Below are positions 1 to 13,300 of a stretch of DNA of 64,000 nt, one piece after another. Source of the DNA: Octopus vulgaris (taxonomy: Eukaryota); assembly GCA_951406725.2 (NCBI GenBank), contig OX597817.1:111848001-111912000 (forward strand). Reading direction: 5' to 3'. The position numbers and the translations under genes are program-made. Below the pieces are notes generated by a model that was not told the DNA's origin, did no database searches, and saw only the letters and a program-made list of their open reading frames with translations. Numbering within the stretch: the first letter of the stretch is position 1; each line of letters begins with the position of its first letter.

Positions 1-466
1 GTCGGCCCAAGGCTATAGTAGAAGACACTTGCTGAAGGTGCCACACAGTGGAACTGAACCCGGAACCATGAGGTTGGGAAGCAAGCTTCTTACCACACAG
101 CCATGCATTTTTTTTCTTCTAAATTTGAATGTAGCATTCTCTCACACTCCAGGCCAACATTATCCTAAAAGATCAGGTTTAACTGCTCTAATACATCATA
201 TATCTACACATAAATACAACTTTTTCAGAATAGAATATTCTTCTTGAGATTACTGCCTATTGCTATTTTTCTTTCTTTTCTGGATAGATAACTTTAAATA
301 TTGTATTAAACTACAGCTGTTAATTCTCCACTATTTTGTTTTAACTTACCTACTTTTCTAGCTTTATCTTTGTAATATAGTTTCTTTAATTGTAGGAAAA
401 GAAGATGCACTTATTGTCTATCTTATATAATGTTTATAAAATAAACAAAGATACAATATACATTAC

Positions 467-547
467 CTGAATCACAGTGGCATCTGTAATCCATTTTGTT
501 AATATACTTTGCAATATTGGTGCAATATGCTGCATTATAACTAGAAC
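467..547 (-). CDS. IPO13: IPO13 exon 20 (VLVIMQHIAPILQSILTKWITDATVIQ)
   Basis: tttgtag/GTAATG, 81 nt. Confidence 0.92.
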
Positions 548-3500
548 CTACAAAGAGAACAACAATATTAAAAATAAGTATGATTCTATGATAAATACAT
601 TAATAATGGTTTCAAAGTTTGGCATAAAGCCAGAAATATTGGAGGATGGGCATAAGCCAATTATATTGACCCTAGTGCTGAACTGGGATTTATATTTCAG
701 AAACTGAAAGTGGCTGAGTTATGTACCAGATACAACACATTGGCTATTGTAAGGTTTGAACTCATGGCCAGTAATTTTCTACTTTACTCTTTTCTTGAAT
801 TTTTATCAATTGCAATATGTTAGCTATTTACTTCATCCTGCATGTATCTTTTTTTATTACTATCTAAATTATAAAATGAATGCTATAGAGATTATTTTCT
901 ATCAAAATGTAAAGCAAAAGAGAATCCATCAAAAGTATGATTTGCCCACATCTTTGACAGACTTGAAAGACCATTCTAAGATACTCTGTAATTTATTGAT
1001 ATCATTCAGAAAGCTCAAAATTATTCAGAAAATATACTACACTATATACGATTCAAATCTAATTATTTTACTGATTAATCCATCCAGGAAAACCCTTATG
1101 TTGATTTGTTTCATATATATATATATCTGTTTAGTCAAAGAGAAGTGGTGGTGCTTCTATGCTAATTTGCCATGATCTATTTGATCCTGACTGATACATT
1201 ATTTTTACATGTTACATCTGGCTGAAATTATATGGTACTAGCTTACTGGCCAAATTATTGACTTAATATTACTCAACTTTCATTTACCACTCTGCCTAAC
1301 TGTAAGTAGTAAAAGATAGTCCACTGTTGTAAGCAGTGAGGGAAATGATATAACTGATGATTGTTAATATGCATCATTACATTAGCTGAAGAAATGCAAT
1401 AGAAAGCCAGGCCAATATATCCAACCTTAAATCATTAGATAATAAAGCCTTTATGTGATACTCAACAGTCATTATGCTCCAGCCTGATAGTGATTCTTGC
1501 TAAGGTATTATCTTTCCATTTGCTCCATTTGTCTGATTAGATAATTTCAGCCAATAGTAATGAGTATAAAAATGATGTAATAAAGTATATTATTACATTC
1601 ATTCAAGAACTATTTTTTCATTCATGTATTTATAACAGCTAAAAAAAAAACAAGTATGGAGATGGGTGTTTCCTGAATATTAAAATTATCAAATAATTGA
1701 ATGTCACAATTATCTACAGATTCAGTAAACTTCATTTCACAACTTCTCAAGTTCAATAGAAAGAGTAAACTTTAACCCTTTCGTTACTATATTTCTGACC
1801 AAAATACACCCCTTATGTGTTTCAATTAATTTCTAACATAATCATGAATTTAGTCTGGTTTCATTAAACAACTATAACTTTTTTATTTATCAATATATTA
1901 ATCTGATTTTTGGAAGATAATTTAATGAAATGTTCTCAACCAATTCTATACTATAATTTTTGTCACAAAGTGACTCTAATTGCAGGTAGATACAGGTAAA
2001 TTCAACAGAATATAAAATTATTAAAATTTTGTTCAAACATCGCTATAGAAAATGGGTTATTCAATTGGGTATACAAGAAAATTTTACGATAGAATTTGTT
2101 ATTCTGGGTAACTTTCTGATACCCATAATAATATTTATGGCAAAATAGTCTTAATTTCATTTAAGGTTATGGGAAACCACTAACTATCCTTTCTTTCGTT
2201 TTGTTTACATTTAGCGTAACGGTTCGTTTCCGCCGTAATGATTTCAAATAGGCTCATTCAAAAAAGTAAAAAGAAATAGTCTAAGGCTTTACTCTTCTGG
2301 GAAAGTCTGTGGCTTGGTCCAGTTTCTTCAGAAAAATCACCGAAAGAAACAGTTTTTAAATTTTCACTCCATTCAGGTGCCAATTCATTTTCTTTATCGC
2401 TGTCGGAGCTCTCGGATTCACTGTTTTCACTTTCGGAAAATGAAACATCAGATTCATTATCAAATACCACATGCTTTTTTTTTTTCAGTCATAAAGTTAG
2501 ATTTATGAAGGTCTTCAGTAGAAAATCCTTCGAATTCTGACTCGCTGCTTGATATAATGAAATTCGTATCCATTTTTTGTCAGAATTACAAATTTTGAAA
2601 ACACAATAGGAACAAATTTCGGGAAAAAAATCTCCCAAAATTCACGGAATTAAAATTACACTTCGATTTTTGTACAAAACTGTAGTTGAACTCTTTACGA
2701 AGTATAATACGTATTTTCACGAATGAACTGAAGAGATTTGCTCTGATATTCTCATTTAAATATGAATAGGTAAATTCGGGCGGCTTTGGGCGGTTTGGTC
2801 ACATTAACCAAAATTTTTTTCGGGCGGTTTGGTAACGAAAGGGTTAATATTGATTCATTTAACTTTAACTGTTATTCTAAGGAGTCAACATAAGTGTTTT
2901 ACTGAGCATCTTCTTTTGGAGACCATAATAGCAGAATGAGGTCAATACAATTTATGTTTGTGTTCAAATTAATGGCAAGTACATCAAATGTGCTTAGGTA
3001 GAGTTCATATATAGTCAGCATGTTCTGAAATGCAGGGTTCATTATAATAGTAGTAGTAGTAGAACAATAGATAGATGGCACAGCAGGGTGGATAGTTCAA
3101 TGGTAAGTGTTTGTGAATATGAGATAGACTAAAGCAGTCAGATAATATTCCTCTCCTCCAAACACTGACAGTGTGTCAAATGCAAAGCAATCAACTTTAC
3201 TGTACAAAAAATGCTATTAATGACAGAAGAAACAACAAGAAACAAATTATTGAGAAATAAGACCTACTTACTGGATTTGGTTGGTTTGATTTTGAATTTT
3301 TCTCAGCCTCTTCAGACACACTCTGTTCAGAGTCAGTTTTCTCAGTATTAATTGTGGAAATTAGCCAACTTAACATATCAAGCTTTTGGTTAATGGCTTC
3401 CCATATAGGTTTGGAAGGCTAAAATAATCAGAATAGTTTATTGTTGAGAGAAAAAAAGGGCATAAGAGGCATCAGATGTGGTGTGCAAGAGAGATAAATG

Positions 3501-4338
3501 CACTGGTATGGTCATGTGAGATGTATGGGAGGGAACAGCTGTGTAAAGAAGTGCTGATCTCTAACTGTGGAGAGGACTTGTGGAAGAGGTAGACCCAGGA
3601 AGCCATGGAATGACGTGAAGTATAATCTTCAAATGTTGGGCCTCACAGAGATGATGACTAGTGACCGAGATCTTTGGTGATATGTTGTACTTGAGAAGAC
3701 TCATCAAGCCAAATGAAATCGTAGTTATGGTTGTTGCTGGTTTCATGTAAATGGCATCCATGAAATCGTAATTGTGGCTGTTGCCGGTAACATGATCTTG
3801 GGCAATAACAACTGACTGAGACCTTTGGCAATATGCTGTGCTTAAGAAGATTTATGAAGCCAAGTGAACCTAGTTGTGGCCATTGCCAATGTCATGTAAA
3901 TCATAGTATTGTCCATTGCTAGTGTCATATAAAGCATAGTCATGGCAGTTGCCAGTGTCATGTAAATACCACCCATGCTACTGGCATGTAAAGAGCATCC
4001 ATTACACTCTTGGAGTGGTTGGTGTTAGGAAGGACAACCAGCTGTAGAAACCATGCCAAATCAGACTGAAACCTGATGCAGCTCTCGGACTTACCAGTTC
4101 TAGTCAAACCATCTAACTCATGCCAGCATAGAAAGCAGATGTTAAATGATGATGATGATATATCATCATCATCATTTAACATCCGTTTTCTATGCTGGCA
4201 TGGATTAGATGACCAAGCTCCACTGTCTGTTTGAGCTGGATGACCTTCCTAATGCCAACCACTTTACAGATTGGACTGGGTGCTTTTTACGTGACACCAG
4301 TAAGGTCTGTTTTGGCATGGTTATTTTACAATTGGATG

Positions 4339-4388
<50 letters not shown>

Positions 4389-7300
4389 GTGGTGCATGGT
4401 GGTTGTCACCAAATTTCATTCAAGCAGGAGTATAACAAAAGTTTTCCATTAGGACTTGCGATTAAATTTATGAGTAAGATTAATATTTATAATGAATTTG
4501 CCATTTTTGATGGGTGTATGGGTGTGCAGCACATACCTACATCTGGAATATACGTCCCTGATTGTGTGTGTACATATGTATATATGGTCTTCATAAAAAT
4601 TTACATCCACACATAAAATGAGTATGTGAATATAAAATCCACTTCATAACAACATGGTTTCATTTGACAGATGGAAGCTGTAAGGAAGGCCCATCGTATA
4701 TATGAGGGGGTACTGAAAAGTCCCTGATTTTAGGTGAAAGAAAACACAGGAGGATCAGTTAAGTATGATTTTATTGAACATTATTTCCCTCCCAAATTCA
4801 TACATGTATTGCAGCGGTCCTTTAGTTTTTCTAAGCTCTGCAAAAGAGCTTGGAACCAGGCCTTTCGCAATACCCCTAAAGCCAGGAACTTTTCAGCACC
4901 CCCTCATATATATATGTGTTCATGTCATGGCTGTATGGTTAAGTAGTTCAATCCTCAGCCACATGGTTTCAGGTTCATCAATAGTTGAAGCAAGTGTATT
5001 ACACAATAGCTCTGGGCCAATCAATGGTTCATCAACGAATTTGACCATTCACTCTCTCCCTCTGTGTGTGTGTAAATGCATTTGCATTTGTCTTTCATCA
5101 CTTGACAACTGGTGTTGCTTGGTTTGCATTCACATAGCCTAGTGATACAGTAAAAGGGGCTGATAGAAAACCAGACTTAAAATGAGTACTGGGGTTGACT
5201 TGATTGACTAAACCAATTAAAGGCAGTGACCATAGATGGCTTACAGTCCAATGACTGAAAGAAAAAAAACAAGTATAATGCATGCATATGTGTATGTGTG
5301 CATATGTGTGCACATGAATATTTGCATTCCACATCTCTTCACATCATACTGTTTGAACAAAACAGTGATGTTTACATTCCCAGTAAACAATACTTACTGT
5401 AACTCTGAGCTATCAACTTGAGAGAGAGAGAGAAAGAGAGAGATATCTGCCAAGCATAAAGTTCATAGTCTTGTACTAGTAGCACAAAGCATTCAGTGTA
5501 AGCAGTGAAGCGGTTGGCATTAGAAAGGGCATCCAGCCATTGAAGCCATGCCAAAGAAACACTGGAGCATGATGCACTCCTTGAGCTCATTGGGTCCTGT
5601 CAAATCATCCAACCCTGGCTAGCATGGAACACGGACATGATGATGATGAAGATATATTTATATATACATTACATTTGAAAATAAAATGGTAAAAGTAGCT
5701 GTACCTCTTCTTTTGCTAGTAGTTCAAGTTCTTGAATCTGGGGGCTGATCAATTTATCCAAATATAACATAATCTCCTGGAACTGAAGAACACTGAGAAC
5801 ATGTCCTGTTATAGCCATCATTCTTGTCAATTCTTTAGGCTGCAAAAAATATTTTAAAACATATTTTAATGCTTTATATGACACAATTCTAAATTTAACA
5901 ATCCTATATAGGTATGTGTTGATTAACATCATGACATTGCAATATTAATGAGAAAATAAGAATTAGAATTTAAAAAATTAATACTTGGAGCAAATTTCAT
6001 AGGATTATTTTTCACCAGGAGAAGCCTGAAACTAATTTTTACAGAATATCTAAGTTTTCACTGTAATATGTCTCAATAAAAATATTTGAAATCTTACCTT
6101 AAGAGTTTTCCTTTCCAGAACATTCTGAAATTATTAAAATTTTTCAAAAGTGATTTAGTAAACTCTTATGCATATAAGAATGCACAGAACAAAATAACAG
6201 AAGTTTAATGTTATTCCAAATTATTCAAAAGGTTAGTATAATTAAATTGCTTAGCAAAAATTAGCAGCAACTTACAATCTTTCTTTAATAAAGATATATA
6301 TTTTTTTAAAGCTTTTATATATATTTTTCCACATTAGCATAGTTGAGACGATGGTTTTGCAAACTTGGACATTTGCATATTGCAAGGGAAATGGGTTTCA
6401 GAGCTTTATGTGTTTCCTACTGTCAACTACTTGATAGTAAAAGCAGTACCTGTAGTCAACCAGGCAGACTGAAGTAAGAAGAGTTATATGCTTTATCCAG
6501 AGGCACAATCACCCCAACTTTAAGGCTATTGTGTCGTAGTATCTTAATGAGTCTTTGCTAATGAGTTACGTGTTTTGATGTTATTTGTTGGAGCAGTACT
6601 CTAATAAAAGTTGTACTCGTGTCTCATACAATGTTATAGGAATGTGTTGTTAAAACTGATATGAATTTTATGTGGAAATTATCAAACCTATGTGAAATGG
6701 TGTGAGTTATGAAGGAAAAGCAGTGTTTCAAACAATGATTTATACACATTTTAAAAATTTGTAGGTCAATGTCTGAGTAGGAATTTCAGAGAGTTGCAGT
6801 CCTAGAGATGAATAATTTGGTAAAGTGTATAGTGCAGGATCTGGGAGACAGGACACAGTGAGGGTTACAAAAACAAGGTAGAAATGATTAAGGGAGATAT
6901 GTAAACTGCTAGTTCATAGAGTAGCTATTGTTGTTGTAATGCTGAAAGAAGATGTAAAGAGGAGAAACAATACGTTTGTGAGATGTTGTGTCTTGATAAG
7001 TGAGTTTTTGCTAATTGGCTAAACAGCTTTCTTTTGATGTTGCCTTGGATGTAGAGGATCAGCAACAGAACAGGCTCAAGGTATTTTCTGGTACTGAGGA
7101 AGAACTCTAGTCTTCTGGATAGCAGTTTGGTCAATGTTTTATGTGAGGGTTGTATCTTGTGTGTTACTCATGTGTAAAGAGAGCAAGGCCACAAGACTTT
7201 TGTTGGTATGCATAGCAACTGTGTTAGGTAAACCTAATGACAAATCTCAATAAGTATTTCTACACAAATTTTCTTACAATGAAGATACTAATAACTGCTA

Positions 7301-10300
7301 GTTCACTTTCTCCACATGTCAATTATTTTAACTGTCTATTCAATAAGGTACTTATTTCAAATCCAGAACAATGAATGATTGAATAATTCAAATCTACTAT
7401 TCTGTCTTTTTTTATTTTATTATTTTGTTGTTAATTAATCAGAGGAGAAGGGTCACAGTCAATCACATTTATAAGCCTTCATAAACTGTTAATGTATTCA
7501 GTTGGAACATCTATATCTTGACAAATGCAATGAGAACTTTGTAGGAGTGAAATTTAGAGAGTTTCAGTTCAAACAAGGACGAGTTATCAAAATATTTAGC
7601 ACACAATTTGAGACAAAGAAAGAGTGATGAGATGAAGAATGAGAAAATTGTCAGGCAGGCTTGAGTGAAGTAAAAAGCATGCTAGTTCATAAAGGCTTGT
7701 TGTAGCAATATTAGAACATACAAATATGTTTATGAGCCAGTAATTACACTGCTTTGGTAAGTGACTCTTTGTCATTCAACAGAAAGGCTTACTTTTTATA
7801 TGGTGTGTGTCAACATCAGCACTCAAAGATATATGCAGAGTACTTCAATGTGAATCACACTTGAGTTTTGTAGATGGTCACTAATCAAAGCATCTTCAGG
7901 TCTTGAAGTGAAAGCTTAGTATTTGTGGTGCATTTGTGGCAATGTTTCAGGTAAATAAATAATTATATATATATATATATATATATATGAGATTCACATG
8001 AGTGATCATCAGAGATTGTGACAAATAGCATTGTAGTAACTGTGAGAGTTTTAACCATGTATTGCACCAGATGGGTGTAGTGTGGTAATTATGCATTTGT
8101 GCTGTTAAAAGAGACTAGATTGTCATATCTCCATTAAAGAATGCTATAGGGTTTATGCTCATAAGGGGATGTTTTGGGATATCTAATCATTAGAGGATGT
8201 TTGAGGGAGAAGAATGATGTAGTCATTAGAGGCTTGAGGTGTCTATGTTACATGTAGATGATGTATGTGTTGAAGGTTAAGGAGTAGTGAAAGGTGGTGT
8301 CATCTTCATAAGAATGTATATGATTAGTGGTGAGAGAAAGTAGATCATCAATGTATAAAAGAAAGCATGCAGGAAACATAGCTAAACATTATGGAATTTG
8401 GTTCAAAAGGAGTAACATCTGTGCATGTTGTAATGTATCATGCCAGACATAGCTGAAGCCTTAGATGCTATCAAGGACAACACTGCTTTCAACGAAGCCA
8501 GCATCACTATCTTGAAGGCTTAAGATAGATATTTCTTTTTAAAACTATCAAAAGCTTGTTTATTTTTAGTAATTTCAAGCGTTTCGTTTTAAGACTCATG
8601 CAAAAAGTATTTAAGCTCTGCATGTTTGTATACATTGTGGTTGAAACCCTACTTTCACTCAGTTTGCGCATGACTTCATAAGCCTATACATATTACTTTA
8701 AAAAGGAAAATACTTGCATGTAGGATAATGAGAGCTTTTTCTGTCTAATACATCCTCAAATCTGTTAGATATGAAAAATAAACTGAAATTATTCCCATAT
8801 TCCTTGACATTCAAAGTGAGATATAGTAAATGACACTGAATTGATGTTTACTGCCAGTGTTTTGGCAAATTGCAGAATTTTCTATTTTAAGTATATACTG
8901 CAGTGGCATCCATCATTGAGTAAAATTCCTCCCTAAGTCATTCATAGAAGTCTCACTATTAACTAATAATTGCACAAATTTAGGAATTTGTTTTTGTGCT
9001 AGTTTTACATGTATTACTTTTCTGCCAAATTCCCTTCCAGTTTAAATATTCAAAATAGTTTTATAAAGCTTTATATAAAAATGTATGAAATTATGTTTTA
9101 AAATGTGTTTCATATTTGTATGAATTGAATTCTGTTTTGATTTAGGATATTCACATAAACTACTGACAGAAGCAAAAATCTATATATATAGATGTCTTCC
9201 TCAGTACAAACTATTCAACTGCAAGAAAAGCAAATTCAGCAAATGAAAGAGCTTCTGCATAAGCTAATGAGGGAGAGACTCTATTTTAATCTAATGAAGG
9301 AGTTTCTACACAAGCTAGCATGGAAACTTTTGCATAATTACATTACCTGCACAATGCAACAGCCAAATTTCCCTCAATAAAGTACCTAAATAAATAAATA
9401 ACAAATATTGTTGAAAATCAGCTCATGCTGATTTTCAACAAATATTATCAGAAGTCAGGAAAAAACATAAAACAGCTTACTTGACAAGCAGTTAGAATTT
9501 GGGGTGCAAAAGGTGGAAGATGATCTCGAGTTTCTTTTGTAACATCTTTCAAAGCCAAAGAGGCAGGTGTCACAACCTCAGGATTCTGTAGGGCTTCAAG
9601 TAACATTGGAATTACAGACTGAAGTACATCTGGATTCCAGTTCAACCATTCAGCAAATGAACCTTAAACAGAAAGAATTTTTTATTTTGAGATTTAAAAG
9701 AAAATATTTTGTTTTCTATTCACAATTTTTCTTTTACTTTCATGTATATTTAAAAAATTATATTAGAGAGAGGAGAAATAGTTTTACATTTACATAAATG
9801 ATCATCTTAAATATAGTAGTATAGTCAATTATGATGAATTAAATTACACACAAAAAAAATAATTTTTTAATTAGTTGTTGTTGCTGCTTGCTTAACCCCA
9901 AGATGACCCTGAACAAGTCTATGATAAAAGGTATTCAAGCTATGACCATCTCAATGTTTATTTTATACATTTATTTTTATTTTTTTTTTTTGAGATGCTA
10001 AAGTGTAATTTGAGGACAATTTCACTTCTGTTTCTAGCTGGTCAAGCAACTGTGTAGAAGCTCCAGAGTTAGCTTATTTGGAAAGACAAGCAGTGTCTAT
10101 CACTTTTATAAGTCTTCCCTGATTGGTGAGGTTGATGCGATTGAAGTTCAGTTTGAAAACTCCAGAAGATTGCAGCTCAACAGAGGAGAATTCTACTATA
10201 GGCACAAGGCCAGGAATTTTGAGAGATAGATAGTTGATTACAATGACTCCAGTGTTCAACTAATACTTATTTTATTGACTCCAAAATGATGAATGGTAAG

Positions 10301-13300
10301 GTTAACCTAGGCAGAATTTGAACACAGACCATAAGAAATGCCACTAAGTATTTTGTCCAGTATGCTAATGATTCTACCAGCTGCTGCCTTTCAACAGAGA
10401 ATAATGACTATGTAAAATATTAAGTGAGACCAGAAGTGGGGTGAATGAGACACAGCAGGACTTATAAGAATAAAAGAGATGGGGTGTCATCTTGATAATT
10501 CAGAGGAAAAACATTATAGTAATGGTTGAAGAGGCGGAGAGAATAAATACACACTGTGTCTGTGAACCAGTGGTTGTATTGTGTTGGTGAATGAGTCTTT
10601 GCCAGTCAGTCAAATGTTCATGGTTTAGATGTAATCTAGAATGCTGGTAAGTAGTAGCAGGACTAACTAAGATATGTAAGCAATGCTCCAATGTAGGTCC
10701 CACTTGAAGTTTGTTAGCAACCAACCAGTGCTCAAATATCTTATTGTTTTACAGAAGAAGCTTAGATTTTAGAATATAAATTTTGAGAATGTTATACATG
10801 TTTCTTTTTTCATTTTTCACTTAGTCAAAAGGGAAGGGAAGTGTTCATAACCCTTTCCAGGGCCTCTATGACTGGTGTGTGAGAGGGAAGATACATATTC
10901 TCAAACTACTGGACATTTAACTTGACTGTTCCATTAAAGACACCCAAAGACCAGGTGGTCATGTTAAAGCAGGCAATGAGTTAAGTTTATCACCATCCAA
11001 ATAGCCAAGAAGTGATTTGAATTCAGAACACAAAGAGATATGACAGGCTTAATTCCTTAAGCCTGACCTATCAAACAAGATGGTATGATTTATAAATCAT
11101 ATAGTTTAACCCTTTAGCATTCAAATTATTTTATCAAATGTAATGCTTAATTATTCACATTATTTTGAATTAACCATGCATTATCTTGTAATTATAATTT
11201 CTCAATGTGACTGCTTATTTTGAGAATAACATTGTAAGATAAGTGTGAGAGGCTGGACCTGGCTGATTTGAACATAAAACATGTAGAATATTTGGAACAG
11301 ATATGGCCAGTTTAAATGCTCAAAGGTTAATTTACTTGGGGGTGAAGGCAGAGAGCTGGCAGAAACATTAGCATGCCGGGCAAAATGCTTAGTGGTATTT
11401 CGTCTGTCTTTATGTTCTGAGTTCAAATTCCCTCAAGGCCAACTTTGCCTTTCATCCTTTTGGGGTCAATAAATTAAGTACCAGTTGAACACTGGGGTCG
11501 ATCTAATCGACTGGCCCCCCTCTCCAAAAATTTCAGGCCTTGTGCCTAGAGTAGAAAAGAATTTATTTATGGGGTGAAAATCCTTTTTCTGGCAACAAAC
11601 TTTCTTCCAACCACTTTCTACCAACGGGAGATCACTGGTTTCATTCAGAAACAAACTAAGTAGGAACATATAACTCAAATATCCCTACCAAACTATCAAT
11701 GTAGTCTATTGCTGCATTTAGGTAACATAAATTACTAGATGATAAGAAAAAAGAGTAAACAAGATAATAAAGAAAGGTCATAACCCAGATATATTGGGTT
11801 GTCCGGAAAGTTTGTGCCGATTTATAGTAGCTTACCTTTCGACTTATTTTAGAACATGGTTGAGTTCATAAAATAGGATTTCACTACACCTCCATTTAGA
11901 GCACAGTTTAAGGTATCTTTTCGTGGAAGAAGGTTCATGCTCCTATAACCTGTGTTAATTCTGTAACCCTTTAAAATGGAAGATAAGAAAGTTCACTTTC
12001 AGCACTTGATGCTTTGGGAACCAGACAAAAATTGCTGCAGCTCGGCTGAGATGTGTTACCCCACCCTCCATATTCACCAGATATTGCTCCTTCGGATTTC
12101 CATTTATTCAGGTCTCTGCAGAATAGTCTTAATGGTAAAAATTCCAATTCCTTGGATGACGTAAAAAGATACCTTGATGAATTCTTTGCCATGAAACCAC
12201 CTCAATTCTGGGAAGAGGGCATTTTCAAGTTACAGGGAAGATGGAGATGCATTGTGCAACAAAATGGTTCAAATTATTAGGTTGATTAAAAATGTAATGG
12301 CAAGTATTTATTGACCTTTTTCTTTCCCTTAAAAATCAGCATGAACTTTCCGGAAAACGCAATAGAAATTTAAGATAAAACTGCAACTTTTGTTTTGTTT
12401 TCCTTTTATAGTTTACTTTGTACTTTCTTGCATTGTTCCAGCCTTACACAACAAATCTCTTTAAAGTTACACCACACAATGCTTCACCAAAACTACTCCA
12501 TAATAAAGAAATTCAATAAAAATCTTTGAAAATCTACTTTCACTTACAGAACATATTGTGTGATTAATTTCCTATTTTACTATTTTTACTGACGTTCTTT
12601 CTTTAAATGTGTGGAACTATTCATGTATTAGAACATAAAACATAGATAATAATGAAGTTTATATGAAGTTCATATTTATTACTTTTGTTAATGTTTATCC
12701 TCTATTACAAGTATCACTTACCAATCATTGCTAATGTGGTTGATATAAGTGTTGGATGGTGAAAAGTTAACTGTGGTAGAAAGTTCAGCAATGCAGGCAA
12801 ATAAGTTTTCTCACTCAATTCAACTCTTTCAGCAATGGCACTGTAGAGGAAAAAAATTCCTTCAAACACCTGAAAATAGAATCAAATTAACGAAATATCA
12901 AATTTAGAATGTATGAAACTTGAGATAACATACTCATAAAATATTGGTTTCAAACTTTGGCACAAGGCCAGTAATTTCAGTGGGTGGGGTAAGTCAGTTA
13001 TACTGACCCTAGTACTCAACTGGTATTTATTTTATCAACCCCAGAAAGGATGAAAGGCAAAGTTGACCCCAGCAGAATTTGAACTCAGAACATAAGGATG
13101 GACAAAATGCCACAAAGCATTTTGCCCAGTGAGCTAATGGTTCTGCCAGCTCACCATTTCATATATTCATTAAATATTCATGCAACATTATGTTATTATA
13201 TCACAACACATAACGCAATAGTAATGTGAATTATAATTTAATGATTGAACAGTGAGAGAATGTAAACTATAGGTTACATCTAAATTTATGGAATCATTCA

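Noticed and set aside
756-1175. 139-aa ORF antisense to IPO13 intron
   Set aside because: Low-complexity AT-rich composition, no recognisable motif, non-ATG start.
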